Source: Promethearchaeota archaeon
GTDB taxonomy: Archaea > Asgardarchaeota > Thorarchaeia > Thorarchaeales > Thorarchaeaceae
Length of the DNA stretch: 64,000 bases
Assembly: GCA_014728035.1 (NCBI GenBank)
Contig: WJMJ01000034.1
Location: 1 to 64,000 of the forward strand
Direction: 5' to 3'
Numbering within the stretch: position 1 is the first letter of the stretch; every line of letters starts with the position of its first letter. Below the pieces are notes generated by a model that saw only the letters and a list, made by a program, of their open reading frames with translations, ran no database searches and was not told the DNA's origin. The position numbers and the translations under genes are program-made. Positions 27,546-37,605 of the stretch are shown piece by piece.

Positions 27546-30263
27546 TCAGTTCATTGTACTAGCTTCTTTAATGGCTGCTTGAGCAGCTGCCAATCTTGCG
27601 ATAGGTAATCTATACGGAGAACAAGACACATAATCGAGACCTATCTCATAGAAGAATTCAACAGACCGGGCATCTCCACCATGTTCTCCACAAATACCTA
27701 ATTTGATGTCTGGACGTGTCTTTCTTCCTCGTTCAATAGCAATCTGCATCAGTTGGCCAATTCCTCTTTTATCAATGCTAACGAATGGATCATTACGTAG
27801 AATGTGAAAATCCAAATATTTTGGTAGAAATGAGTCGATATCATCTCGACTAAACCCAAATCCCATTTGACTGAGGTCATTAGTTCCAAATGAGAAGAAC
27901 TCTGCAGTTTGTGCCATATCTCCTGCACGCATACAAGAACGAGGAGTTTCAATCATTGTACCAAGCAGGAAGTCTATTTCATCACCAGTATCTTTCTTGA
28001 AATCTTCGTGTACTTTTTCAATACGCATCTTCATAGTTTTGAGTTCAGCAGCGCCGATAGTAACGGGAATCATGATTTCCAAAATGACTTCTTTCCCTTC
28101 CTTTTTCAGCTCGGCTGCAGCTTCAAGGATTGATTTGATCTGCATCTCGTATATCTCTGGATTTGTCAAACCTAGCCTAACACCACGGTGGCCCATCATC
28201 GGATTATTCTCTCGGAGGGCATCGCCTCTCTTTCGTACCTCCTCTAAGGGAATATCAAGAGCATGAGATAATCGCTCCTGGCCAATTTTACTCTGGGGTA
28301 CGAACTCATGCAAGGGAGGGTCTAGTAAACGGATTGTCACAGGTTTACCTTCCATTACTTCCAAAGTAGCTTTGATATCTTTCTTTACGAAGGGAGATAG
28401 TTCCTTCAAAGCCTCAGTTCTTTCCGCCTTGGTTGCACTCATAATCATCTTACGAAGCAGAAAGAGTGGCTCATCAGATCCTTCACCATAAAACATGTGT
28501 TCAGTTCGGAAAAGTCCAATACCTTCAGCACCAAACTCTAAAGCTTGTTTTGCATCCTCAGGGGTTTCAGCATTAGCACGGACACCCATCTTTCTGTATT
28601 TATCAACCAAGTCCATGAATTCTTGTAATCGAGGATTCTTAGTTGAATCGATCATAGGTAGTTCGCCCAAATACACATTTCCGATGGTCCCATTTAGTGT
28701 GATAGTAGTACCTTCTTCATAGACAGTCCCATTAATCATCAATTTTTTCTGATAGGGGTCAACTTCAATTCCAGACGCTCCAACAATACAGCATTTCCCC
28801 CATCCACGAGTTACTAATGCTGCGTGACTGGTCATTCCGCCACGAGCTGTAAGAATTCCATTTGCAGCTCGCATTCCTTCTATATCTTCAGGGCTAGTTT
28901 CTTCTCGAATGAGAATTACTTTCTTACCCTCATTATTCCATTTCACAGCATCCTCAGAAGTGAAGACAATCTGACCTACTGCACCTCCAGGGCCTGCTGG
29001 AAGACCTTGAGCTAAAGGTTTTACTTCCTTCTCCGCATCAGGGTCGAGTATTGGATAAAGCAATTGTCCAAGTTGAGTAGGTGCTAATCTGAGAACTGTT
29101 GTTGATTCATCAATGAGACCTTCATCAAGCATATCAAGAGCAATATTCAAAGCTGCTGTTGCAGTTCGTTTCCCAACTCGATGTTGTACAAGAAAGAGCT
29201 TACCCTGTTCAATAGTAAATTCAATATCCACCATATCCTTACTATACCCTTCCAATTTATCTTTGATATCACATAGCTCTTTGTAGAGTTTTGGCATTCT
29301 CTCTTCGAGAGTTGGTAAGTCTTTACTCTGCTCATTCTTAGACTCCTCGTTCATGGCATTTGGAGTCCTGATACCAGCAACGACATCTTCTCCTTGTGCA
29401 TTGAATAAACATTCTCCGTAGAATTTGTTTTCTCCAGTTGCAGGGTCTCGAGTGAAAGCAACACCAGTAGCCGATTGGTCACCCATATTTCCAAACACCA
29501 TTGACTGAACAGTACAAGCAGTTCCCCAATCATCTGGAATACTTTCTATTCGTCTATAAGCAACAGCACGATTTCCACCCCAACTCTTGAAGACTGCTCC
29601 AACTGCACCCCACAGTTGTTCATAAGGGTCATCGGGAAATTCGCGACCTAGAGTATCTTTGATTCGTTTCTTGAATTCCTGAATTATTTCCTTCAATGTT
29701 TCAACTGAAAGATCGGTGTCTAACTCAGCACCTGTTTCTCTTTTGCGCTTGTTAAGAATCCATTCTAATTGCTGTCGAATCCCCTTGCCTTCCTCAGGTT
29801 GAATGCCTTCTGCTTTTTCCATAACAACATCGCTATACATCATGATTAGTCGTCGATACGTATCATAAGCAAACCATTCATTGTTTGTAACAGCTATGAG
29901 TCCTGGGAGAGTTTCGGTTGTTAAACCAACATTAAGTACGGTTTCCATCATCCCAGGCATACTCTGACGTGCTCCAGACCGTGTTGAAACAAGTAGTGGA
30001 TTTTCAGGATCTCCAAACTTTTTATCCATGATTTCTTCTATCCATTCTAGTGCTTCTTTTGCTTGTTTCTTGACTTCTTCGGGGAGACCGTCTTTTTGGA
30101 GATAAATATTGCAAACTTCTGTACCAATCGTAAAACCAGGGGGTACAGGTAATCCCAATAAAGTGGCACTAGCAAGAGCTGCTCCTTTTCCACCCAGCTC
30201 ATTTTTCATTTTACCTGTGCCATCAGCTTTACCTGCGCCAAATTTGTAAACGTATTTTGTCAA
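27546..30263 (-). CDS. ppdK: Pyruvate, phosphate dikinase
   Basis: LGGKGA, PVPPGFTI, SMPGMM, AQGEDVVAG, RGGMTSHAA (phospho-His), GLFRTEHMF, NPMMGHRG, FSFGTNDL, GICGEHGG; TTG start 30263 with AGGAG RBS. Confidence 0.97.
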   Translation of the reverse strand: MTKYVYKFGAGKADGTGKMKNELGGKGAALASATLLGLPVPPGFTIGTEVCNIYLQKDGLPEEVKKQAKEALEWIEEIMDKKFGDPENPLLVSTRSGARQSMPGMMETVLNVGLTTETLPGLIAVTNNEWFAYDTYRRLIMMYSDVVMEKAEGIQPEEGKGIRQQLEWILNKRKRETGAELDTDLSVETLKEIIQEFKKRIKDTLGREFPDDPYEQLWGAVGAVFKSWGGNRAVAYRRIESIPDDWGTACTVQSMVFGNMGDQSATGVAFTRDPATGENKFYGECLFNAQGEDVVAGIRTPNAMNEESKNEQSKDLPTLEERMPKLYKELCDIKDKLEGYSKDMVDIEFTIEQGKLFLVQHRVGKRTATAALNIALDMLDEGLIDESTTVLRLAPTQLGQLLYPILDPDAEKEVKPLAQGLPAGPGGAVGQIVFTSEDAVKWNNEGKKVILIREETSPEDIEGMRAANGILTARGGMTSHAALVTRGWGKCCIVGASGIEVDPYQKKLMINGTVYEEGTTITLNGTIGNVYLGELPMIDSTKNPRLQEFMDLVDKYRKMGVRANAETPEDAKQALEFGAEGIGLFRTEHMFYGEGSDEPLFLLRKMIMSATKAERTEALKELSPFVKKDIKATLEVMEGKPVTIRLLDPPLHEFVPQSKIGQERLSHALDIPLEEVRKRGDALRENNPMMGHRGVRLGLTNPEIYEMQIKSILEAAAELKKEGKEVILEIMIPVTIGAAELKTMKMRIEKVHEDFKKDTGDEIDFLLGTMIETPRSCMRAGDMAQTAEFFSFGTNDLSQMGFGFSRDDIDSFLPKYLDFHILRNDPFVSIDKRGIGQLMQIAIERGRKTRPDIKLGICGEHGGDARSVEFFYEIGLDYVSCSPYRLPIARLAAAQAAIKEASTMN

Positions 30264-30352
30264 TCGATATGCGCTCCTATTCGCGTTTGATGGGTCTGCT
30301 TCATTCTTTTTCAAATCGGTTTGCTAACGTATGTGAAGCAGCCACTTCAAGT

Positions 30353-30417
30353 AAAAGAGTACTCTTTTTTCCATTAAAAGGGGTTTCATCTAGACATAGA
30401 ATTCAAAATATTTTGAA
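30353..30417. promoter_or_regulatory. Two perfect 16-bp palindromes in a divergent promoter region
   Basis: AAAAGAGTACTCTTTT (30353-30368) and TTCAAAATATTTTGAA (30402-30417). Confidence 0.45.
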
Positions 30418-30455
30418 GTCTGGAAGAATCGTTTAAAACTATTCTAAGATAACAT

Positions 30456-31997
30456 ATGATTGGGAAAGTCTTGTCTTTGAAGAAACCACCGATTTTAGCT
30501 ATATCGTTATTACTAGTAATCATGTCGTTCACTATCAGCTCCACAGATGGAACAACATTAAACAATAAAGACGTAGACATTCATGGATTTGTATGTTCAA
30601 ATATGCCTGCTGGTCTACTTGAATGGACAAGCAATGAAGATTCAACACCAAAGTCGGTTTCTGAAAATAGTACTCTTGTCGGAGATCATGTCATCTTACA
30701 TTCGTCACCGGAAGTACCAGTCGGTAGAACAATTGAATCAATTCAACTAACTGTTGATAATACAACGTACCATAACTCGACACATGATTTGATAATTCCA
30801 CAACTCAACTTCGACCCATTCAATGAGGAATTTGAAATATTCAATTCGAATTTTCAGTGGGTCATTGTTCATGGAATCGAAAGTGGGTGTACGCTCGAAA
30901 TCACGGCCACATTCACAAATGAAGATACTGATGTAATGGCTTGGCACGGAGGTCAAAATCCCAATGTGTATCGGTACGATGACAACATACTAAGTGGACA
31001 AATGGCATCCCAATATAATCCCGAAGTTGGACAAATCGAATGGTTTTATCCCAATCAAACATTAATTATTGGCATTTTTGATTATTCAGAACAGGCTGGA
31101 ACTTGTAGATTAGAAATCACCAGTATCGAGGAGCAAATCGTTTCTGGGATTGATAGTGTCAGCTATGACACCTATGGCTTTCAAACTAACAGAACTGTGA
31201 ATCTTACGGTATCATATTCCCTCGATAATGGAAGTGACTATGTATACAATTTTAGAAATCTTACCTTTGATAATTTCTTTTCACCCGAGATTTATAACGT
31301 AGTAATATCACATGACCAAGCTGTTCTCACATTTGCATGGCAAATCGAGGATAGAAATTTACTGGAGAATCACACCACCGATCTTTATCTTTCTTTTGAT
31401 AACGGGCAAACATATTCAATCATCACTGCTAGACTGAATCAGACTTCCTATGAATTTGACATGACAGGTTTTTCAAATCGAGTCTACTATTTGTTGATAG
31501 TTGTATCTGATGAAATAGGATTGTCTAATAGCATTATAGAGACCTTTACCCTTACCTCATCAACCAATCCAATTTTACTTGGTGTTGAAGACCTTGGAGA
31601 CATGGTCATAGAGTATGGCTCAGAGAACTCAACGATTGTATGGCATTTGGTACAAGACGACAATCCAACTGTAAATTATAGAATTTATGTCAATGACATT
31701 GAGATGTATGAAGGAATATGTAGTGATGGAACAATAGAATTTGACTTGAGTGAGTTTCTACCAGGTGAGTATACCATAGAGTTAGAAGTATGGCAAGCTG
31801 GTCGAATCTATAATGATGCATTGGTAGTTCTAATAATTGATTCCGGATTCCCTGTTGAATTGATTGCTAGTTTTGGATTGACTCTATTGGGAGTTGCGAT
31901 TTCAATAGTTTTCTTGTATAAGATTGCTAATGCAAGAAGAAATCAAATGGGAAAATGGAAACCTGAAGAAATCCGTGTGATCGATGAAGATGAATGA
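30456..31997 (+). CDS. Membrane-anchored surface protein (beta-sandwich/Ig domains), paralog of 25975..27510
   Basis: Signal peptide, shared motifs, juxtamembrane Ig-like domain (IEYGSENSTIVW...LPGEYTI), C-terminal TM. Confidence 0.75.
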   Translation: MIGKVLSLKKPPILAISLLLVIMSFTISSTDGTTLNNKDVDIHGFVCSNMPAGLLEWTSNEDSTPKSVSENSTLVGDHVILHSSPEVPVGRTIESIQLTVDNTTYHNSTHDLIIPQLNFDPFNEEFEIFNSNFQWVIVHGIESGCTLEITATFTNEDTDVMAWHGGQNPNVYRYDDNILSGQMASQYNPEVGQIEWFYPNQTLIIGIFDYSEQAGTCRLEITSIEEQIVSGIDSVSYDTYGFQTNRTVNLTVSYSLDNGSDYVYNFRNLTFDNFFSPEIYNVVISHDQAVLTFAWQIEDRNLLENHTTDLYLSFDNGQTYSIITARLNQTSYEFDMTGFSNRVYYLLIVVSDEIGLSNSIIETFTLTSSTNPILLGVEDLGDMVIEYGSENSTIVWHLVQDDNPTVNYRIYVNDIEMYEGICSDGTIEFDLSEFLPGEYTIELEVWQAGRIYNDALVVLIIDSGFPVELIASFGLTLLGVAISIVFLYKIANARRNQMGKWKPEEIRVIDEDE

Positions 31998-32308
31998 GTA
32001 ACTAGGAAATAATAGTAAACTAGTGATGGTAGGTTTAGGGATTATATTTATCGAAAACTTGGACATTGTAGAAGAATATCTGCTAAGAACTCGTATAACC
32101 TGATACAGAATTAAGGTCAGGGTAATATATGCCAAGTCCCTGACTTGAACCGAGCCAGTCCAGTACACTTTCTGGATGGATAATGCCCGGATGTCCAACT
32201 AAAATAAATAGACGGTTACAGCTGAATCATCAGCATTATATTTTGCTACCAAACGGTAGGTTATTAGGGAGTGGACGTTCCAGTTTCTTCTTGCTAGAGG
32301 AAGCCTCC

Positions 32309-33775
32309 ATGATAGACTTATCCCGAAATGAAGAACAATTAGAGAGAACAGTAGAGAGATGTAGAGAACGGAATATTGTCATTCCAACGTTTGACCAGCT
32401 AAAAAATCCTGAGCGCATCCCTGAAAAAATCAAAGATGATTTGAAGAGTATAGACCTCTGGGCTGTAGAACCACAGAATCTCTTTCGTATAACATGGAAG
32501 AATGCACCTCAAGATAGAGGAGGTCTCTATCGCGAGTTACCAAACTATATGGAAATTCCCAAAGAACTAACTGGAATTCAAGCAAGAGTCATCGCTCTTG
32601 TTGGTAAATGGTTCCCAACAGGCGCTCACAAAGTAGGAGCGACTTTTGGATGTCTGGTACCACCTCTAGTTACTGGACAATTCGATCCAACACGACATAA
32701 AGCAGTGTGGCCAAGTACGGGAAATTATTGTCGAGGTGGAGCATACGATGCAACTCTTCTAGCATGTGAAAGTATAGCAATTCTTCCAGAAGAGATGTCC
32801 CAAGAACGTTTTGATTGGCTCAAAACAGTAGCTGGAGAGATTATAGCTACTCCTGGTAGTGAGAGCAATGTCAAGGAGATATACGATAAAGTATGGGAAT
32901 TAAGGAGAGAACGTGATGATATTTTCGTATTCAATCAATTTAGTGAATTTGGTAATTATCTTTTTCACTATGATGTGACTGGACAAGCAATGGAAGAAGT
33001 TCTAGAGAAAGAATTAGGAAACGATAGGTATCAAGGTGTTTGTCTGACAACTGGCTCTGCGGGAACTATTGCATGTGGGGATTATATGAAGCAACTCTAT
33101 CCCACATCAAAGATAGCAGCTGGTGAAGCTCTCCAATGTCCCACTCTATTACTAAATGGATACGGTGCACACCGAATTGAAGGCATCGGAGATAAGCATG
33201 TACCATGGATTCACAACACACGCAATACAGACATGGTCATTGCTATTGATGACAACGATTCGATGGCACTGATGCGACTGTTCAATGAGCCCGAAGGAAG
33301 AAGATATCTCATTGAAGAAATTGGCATCTCTGAGAACTTCGTTTTGAATCTGGATCTACTAGGTATTTCCAGCATCGCAAATCTCCTCATGTGTATAAAA
33401 TTTGCCAAGTACTATGAATTGACATCAGATGATGTTGTACTCACAGTCTTTACAGATTCTATGGAGATGTACCAATCCAGACTAAAAGAGGCAACAACAA
33501 GAGTTGGACCATATACCCGTGAAGATGCTATTCGGGACTACCATAGACATCTCCAAGGGATGAAAATGGATGCCATGCTGGAACTTAGTTATTACGAGAG
33601 AAAGAGAATTCATCATCTCAAATATTTCACTTGGATTGAGCAGCAGATGTTTGAACTTGATGAATTGAATCGCCAGTGGTATGAATATGATGAGTATTGG
33701 TCCGAAATCCAACAAATGACTCCGAAAATCGATGAACAGATTGTGAGATTTAACGAAGCTGTCGGTCTCTTCTAA
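32309..33775 (+). CDS. PLP-dependent fold-type II enzyme (threonine synthase/cysteine synthase beta family)
   Basis: FPTGAHKVGA (PLP Lys), WPSTGNY, FNQF, TTGSAGT glycine loop, HRIEGIG, GISS; GAGGA RBS before ATG 32309. Confidence 0.88.
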   Translation: MIDLSRNEEQLERTVERCRERNIVIPTFDQLKNPERIPEKIKDDLKSIDLWAVEPQNLFRITWKNAPQDRGGLYRELPNYMEIPKELTGIQARVIALVGKWFPTGAHKVGATFGCLVPPLVTGQFDPTRHKAVWPSTGNYCRGGAYDATLLACESIAILPEEMSQERFDWLKTVAGEIIATPGSESNVKEIYDKVWELRRERDDIFVFNQFSEFGNYLFHYDVTGQAMEEVLEKELGNDRYQGVCLTTGSAGTIACGDYMKQLYPTSKIAAGEALQCPTLLLNGYGAHRIEGIGDKHVPWIHNTRNTDMVIAIDDNDSMALMRLFNEPEGRRYLIEEIGISENFVLNLDLLGISSIANLLMCIKFAKYYELTSDDVVLTVFTDSMEMYQSRLKEATTRVGPYTREDAIRDYHRHLQGMKMDAMLELSYYERKRIHHLKYFTWIEQQMFELDELNRQWYEYDEYWSEIQQMTPKIDEQIVRFNEAVGLF

Positions 33776-33792
33776 ATCTACTGAGGAGGTCT

Positions 33793-34953
33793 ATGATGGA
33801 AAAAGACGAGTCTGATTCCTCTACTATTAATATACCATATTCGGGAAACTTGGGAAAACAGGTTGAAGAGGTTTCAATAGATGCCAAGAAAATCGATCTC
33901 TATCTCAGAACCATCTCAGCAATTGACCTAGCTGAAGTTTCTCGATTAAAAAACCTTGAATGTCTTGATCTCTCATTCAATCGATTGGAATCTATTGATT
34001 TATCTGGTCTCTCTACATGTAGAAAAATCAGAGATATCAGACTCCAGCATAACAATCTCTCATCTCTAAATCTTTGGCCATTGATATATTCTAATAATCC
34101 AGAGTTTGTAGACATATCCAATAATGAAATAGAATCAATAGATCTTACAGCTGTTTTCCATTGGAAAGCTGTAGCAACAGACCCTGGTTTACAAGTCCAA
34201 TTTGATCCATGTCTGCGATACTTACCTCAAGTTCTTGGAAAGACAATGATTGATGAAAGAACGAAACATAGAGATCCTCTCGCAATAGTTACATTCAACG
34301 ATTATGAATCTGCAATCAGAACCAGTGGATGGAATCATATTAGGAATAGAATAAAGGAAATCCTTCAAAAAATTACTCCAAAAGATTGGTTTGCATTTCA
34401 GAGAGGAATGCTTGAAGGATTAGGTATTAGTGAACTCGCTTGTTATGATGGTGACCCGTTTGAAATCCTGAGATTTGGCTTTGAAGAGGATGATTATGAT
34501 AGGGCAAAAATAAACATGTATACTGGAACTGTAAGTCTACTCGAAAAGCAAATAGAAAGAAATGGACCAACTACTTTTCTAGATATTCGAAAAATGTTAG
34601 AAACAGAAGCATGTACATTGGTACCAAAAATTATTGAACGTCGCAAAGAAGAGATAGAATATACCGTAATTCCACAAATTGATGATAGGGTCATTCTAAT
34701 GCCTCTGTGGATAACTGCTAATGGTCACAGTATATTATCTGCTCTGGAATTAGGTTTGCGTACTAATTCCAATGTATTGCAGATAATTAGAGAGCAATTT
34801 GCAAAGTTAGATCAGGAGCTTCATGTTTTGCGAGATGGACCGATCAAAGATTCCTATGGACTTGAATGCACTCTTTCATATCGAAGACATATCGCACAGA
34901 TAGTCCAACATAATCAGCCACCACCAAGATATATCAGCTCACGGAAATTGTAG
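33793..34953 (+). CDS. Leucine-rich repeat protein with an uncharacterised helical C-terminal domain
   Basis: LxxLDLSxNxLxSIDL repeats (aa ~30-120); GAGGAGG RBS. Confidence 0.8.
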   Translation: MMEKDESDSSTINIPYSGNLGKQVEEVSIDAKKIDLYLRTISAIDLAEVSRLKNLECLDLSFNRLESIDLSGLSTCRKIRDIRLQHNNLSSLNLWPLIYSNNPEFVDISNNEIESIDLTAVFHWKAVATDPGLQVQFDPCLRYLPQVLGKTMIDERTKHRDPLAIVTFNDYESAIRTSGWNHIRNRIKEILQKITPKDWFAFQRGMLEGLGISELACYDGDPFEILRFGFEEDDYDRAKINMYTGTVSLLEKQIERNGPTTFLDIRKMLETEACTLVPKIIERRKEEIEYTVIPQIDDRVILMPLWITANGHSILSALELGLRTNSNVLQIIREQFAKLDQELHVLRDGPIKDSYGLECTLSYRRHIAQIVQHNQPPPRYISSRKL

Positions 34954-35018
34954 AGTTTATAGAACACCCTGAATGAAACACTATCCTTTTGTATGAAAAG
35001 TGACAAGAAGGGTATGCA

Positions 35019-35966
35019 ATGATTTCTGAAACATCGATAGTCCAACCATACAAATCAGATGATGGTGATATAGACACTTTGCTAAAATTCCTAAGAACGG
35101 TTACAAAAATAATTGATAATAGTTTCAATCCACCTGACTCTAAATTTGACAAGCACTCTGACTCGGCAGATTATGATTTTGTTGAGGAGAAATACAAACT
35201 AGGGAATCAAAGTATATTTTTCTCAATTATGCATAGAATGGAATTTGAAGCAAAGTATGGAGGTCACGCTGTTGACATTGTAATAATTCAATCTCATGGT
35301 TTATCTGAAAATCAAAGTATCTCTATCGAGGTTTCAAGAAGATATAGTACTCCTCGGTTTGCAAAACTAAGTATTTCTGTTGTCGACGAGAACATTTCTA
35401 AGAAAATTATCGAGATGTTTCAAAAGGAGTTCGATGCTAGGTCTCAACTCGATGAAACAGACATCAAAAGACATGTAACAAGTGCACTGGTTGCAGTTAG
35501 AAGAGGTGCGTGGAGCGGTGCTGAATCTCATGCAAAGATTGTGCTTGATAATGACCCGAACAATGCTGAAGCATTATTGTATTTGGGTATCGCTCGAGCC
35601 GCTCAAGGCGATTTGACCAATGCTGAAAAAATATTGAAAGAAGTACTCGAAAAAGACCCTAGTAATTATGATGCATATTATAACCTAGGTCTTGTGTACA
35701 AAAATTCCGACAGACTCGAGGAATCTGTAATTCTCTATCAAAAGGGATTAGAAGTCAATCCCGATAATCACGCAATACAATTTCAACTTGCTCGAGCATA
35801 TGAAGAAATCGGAAATAAGGAGAAAGCACTATTCTATTATAGAGAAGCTCTCAGAACTAGTCCAAATCCTGATGGTGCGTTTCATTACACAGGAATGGAC
35901 TTTACAACCCATTCAAAAGACGGAATTGCAAGACTGGAAAAAGAATTGAATGGTAATGATTCTTAA
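35019..35966 (+). CDS. Tetratricopeptide repeat protein
   Basis: About 4 TPRs (DPNNAEALLYLG, DPSNYDAYYNLG, NPDNHAIQFQLA...A...Y..AL). Confidence 0.85.
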   Translation: MISETSIVQPYKSDDGDIDTLLKFLRTVTKIIDNSFNPPDSKFDKHSDSADYDFVEEKYKLGNQSIFFSIMHRMEFEAKYGGHAVDIVIIQSHGLSENQSISIEVSRRYSTPRFAKLSISVVDENISKKIIEMFQKEFDARSQLDETDIKRHVTSALVAVRRGAWSGAESHAKIVLDNDPNNAEALLYLGIARAAQGDLTNAEKILKEVLEKDPSNYDAYYNLGLVYKNSDRLEESVILYQKGLEVNPDNHAIQFQLARAYEEIGNKEKALFYYREALRTSPNPDGAFHYTGMDFTTHSKDGIARLEKELNGNDS

Positions 35967-37402
35967 TCATTCTGTGATCTCCGTTTTCTAGTTTCATAAT
36001 AATCACAGGCTTTGGATAAAGCAGTTATAGCCTCTTGCATATTTCTGAAAACAGGAAGTTGCTTATCTACAAAGACGTCCCAAGCTTCTTTTCTTGCTTT
36101 CGGATAAGCAACATCAGGAACTGCAATAAGAACTGGTTTATTTTCACGAATAGAAACCTCTCTCGCAGCTTCCGCCATATCTCTCCAAAAATCAATCACA
36201 GCATCTGCTGCACCCATAATTGTAGCAACCTGATGTATATGATGTACATCAGCTTCAAAAATCAATGAATCGAATTTGGAGTCAGAACCAACAATTCGAA
36301 GAACTTCTGTAGTTGTTTGATCAGAATAATAATCTGCAGCAAGGTCTATCGGATTTTTTAGAGAAGTACCCACATCTCGAATCAACGGATCAAGCTTTTC
36401 AAGAGTTTCATTGGAAGTAGTAGGTACTTTGAGACCCGCGTCAATACACATGTCAGTATAGATTACACTTGTACCTCCACTAATTGCAATCATACCAACA
36501 TTTCTAGATGCTGGCTCCGGACAAAGAGAGAATACACTGAGTGTAGCAACAAGTTCCTCCAATGTAGAAACGGTGGGTACATTTGCTTGTTTGAACGCTG
36601 CAGACCAGAGTTCACGATTTCCAGCCAAAGCTCCCGTATGTGATGACACTGCACGGGAACCTTCAACAGACCTCCCACCTTTTAATACCACTACAGGTTT
36701 TTTATCCGCAAGAATCTTAAGCTCATGAAGAAGTTCACTTCCAGACTCTGTACCTTCAATGTATGCTCCTATAACATTGGTTTCTTCATCTCCCTGAAAA
36801 TATCTAATTAGCTCAGGAGGTTTGATATCAACTGAATTACCAAAACTAAACAACTTACTAAAACCAACACCGGACTCGGCAGCAGCAGTATAGGTACTTA
36901 TTGCAACACCACCTGACTGTGAAATGAAACCCACATCACCCACTCTTTGGATAATGGTAGGTGCAAAAGCAAATCCTAGTTTAGGATAACAAATACCCAT
37001 GCAATTAGGCCCAAACACTCTCATTGAAAGGTTACTTACCATATCTAAGAATTTCTTTTCTTCAGATCGACCCTCATCTGTTCCTAATTCTGAATAGCCG
37101 CTAGTAAATACAGTAGCTCCTTTTGCACCTTTATCAGCTACCTGTTTGATAACTTCAGGTACCACTCGTCTTGGAACAGCTATAATAGCATAGTCAATGT
37201 TCTCAGGGATATCATCCAAGCTTGAATGAATCTTATGACCAAGAACCTCACCCTCCCTGTGGGAAACCAACCAGACCTTTAGGTCATGGGGCCATTGAAG
37301 CATTGAGTGAACCCAGTAATAGCCAAGCTTCATTGAAACACCAATGATAGCCACGGATTTGATTTCCAGCATTTCTGAGATAGAGGGTTTCTTCACCGAC
37401 AT
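35963..37402 (-). CDS. NDP-forming acyl-CoA synthetase alpha subunit (CoA-binding, AcdA-like)
   Basis: SVAIIG, SGYSE, GPNCMG, FISQSGG, SFGN..D, KPVVVLKGGR, SHTGALAG (phospho-His), SGG, NPIDL. Confidence 0.85.
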   Translation of the reverse strand: MSVKKPSISEMLEIKSVAIIGVSMKLGYYWVHSMLQWPHDLKVWLVSHREGEVLGHKIHSSLDDIPENIDYAIIAVPRRVVPEVIKQVADKGAKGATVFTSGYSELGTDEGRSEEKKFLDMVSNLSMRVFGPNCMGICYPKLGFAFAPTIIQRVGDVGFISQSGGVAISTYTAAAESGVGFSKLFSFGNSVDIKPPELIRYFQGDEETNVIGAYIEGTESGSELLHELKILADKKPVVVLKGGRSVEGSRAVSSHTGALAGNRELWSAAFKQANVPTVSTLEELVATLSVFSLCPEPASRNVGMIAISGGTSVIYTDMCIDAGLKVPTTSNETLEKLDPLIRDVGTSLKNPIDLAADYYSDQTTTEVLRIVGSDSKFDSLIFEADVHHIHQVATIMGAADAVIDFWRDMAEAAREVSIRENKPVLIAVPDVAYPKARKEAWDVFVDKQLPVFRNMQEAITALSKACDYYETRKRRSQND

Positions 37403-37605
37403 CTGAATGACCTTCAGTATTGCGTTTTCTACTAATGCGAGATTTAAGAGTACCTGATTGGGATAGATTTTGTGAGTTTCCTTCGTTTGATGATTTCTCT
37501 ATTTAGCCAAGTTAATTTAGTTAGAAAAAATAAACAATCTTGAACAATCAGAAAGAGTTTTCTTTGTTGGAATATCTCAAATCTCACATAACTGAGGAAG
37601 GGTAG

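Noticed and set aside
32130-32160. tRNA or tRNA fragment (GGTTCAAGTC T-loop-like sequence on the minus strand)
   Set aside because: The T-stem pairs poorly and no acceptor, D or anticodon arms can be built.
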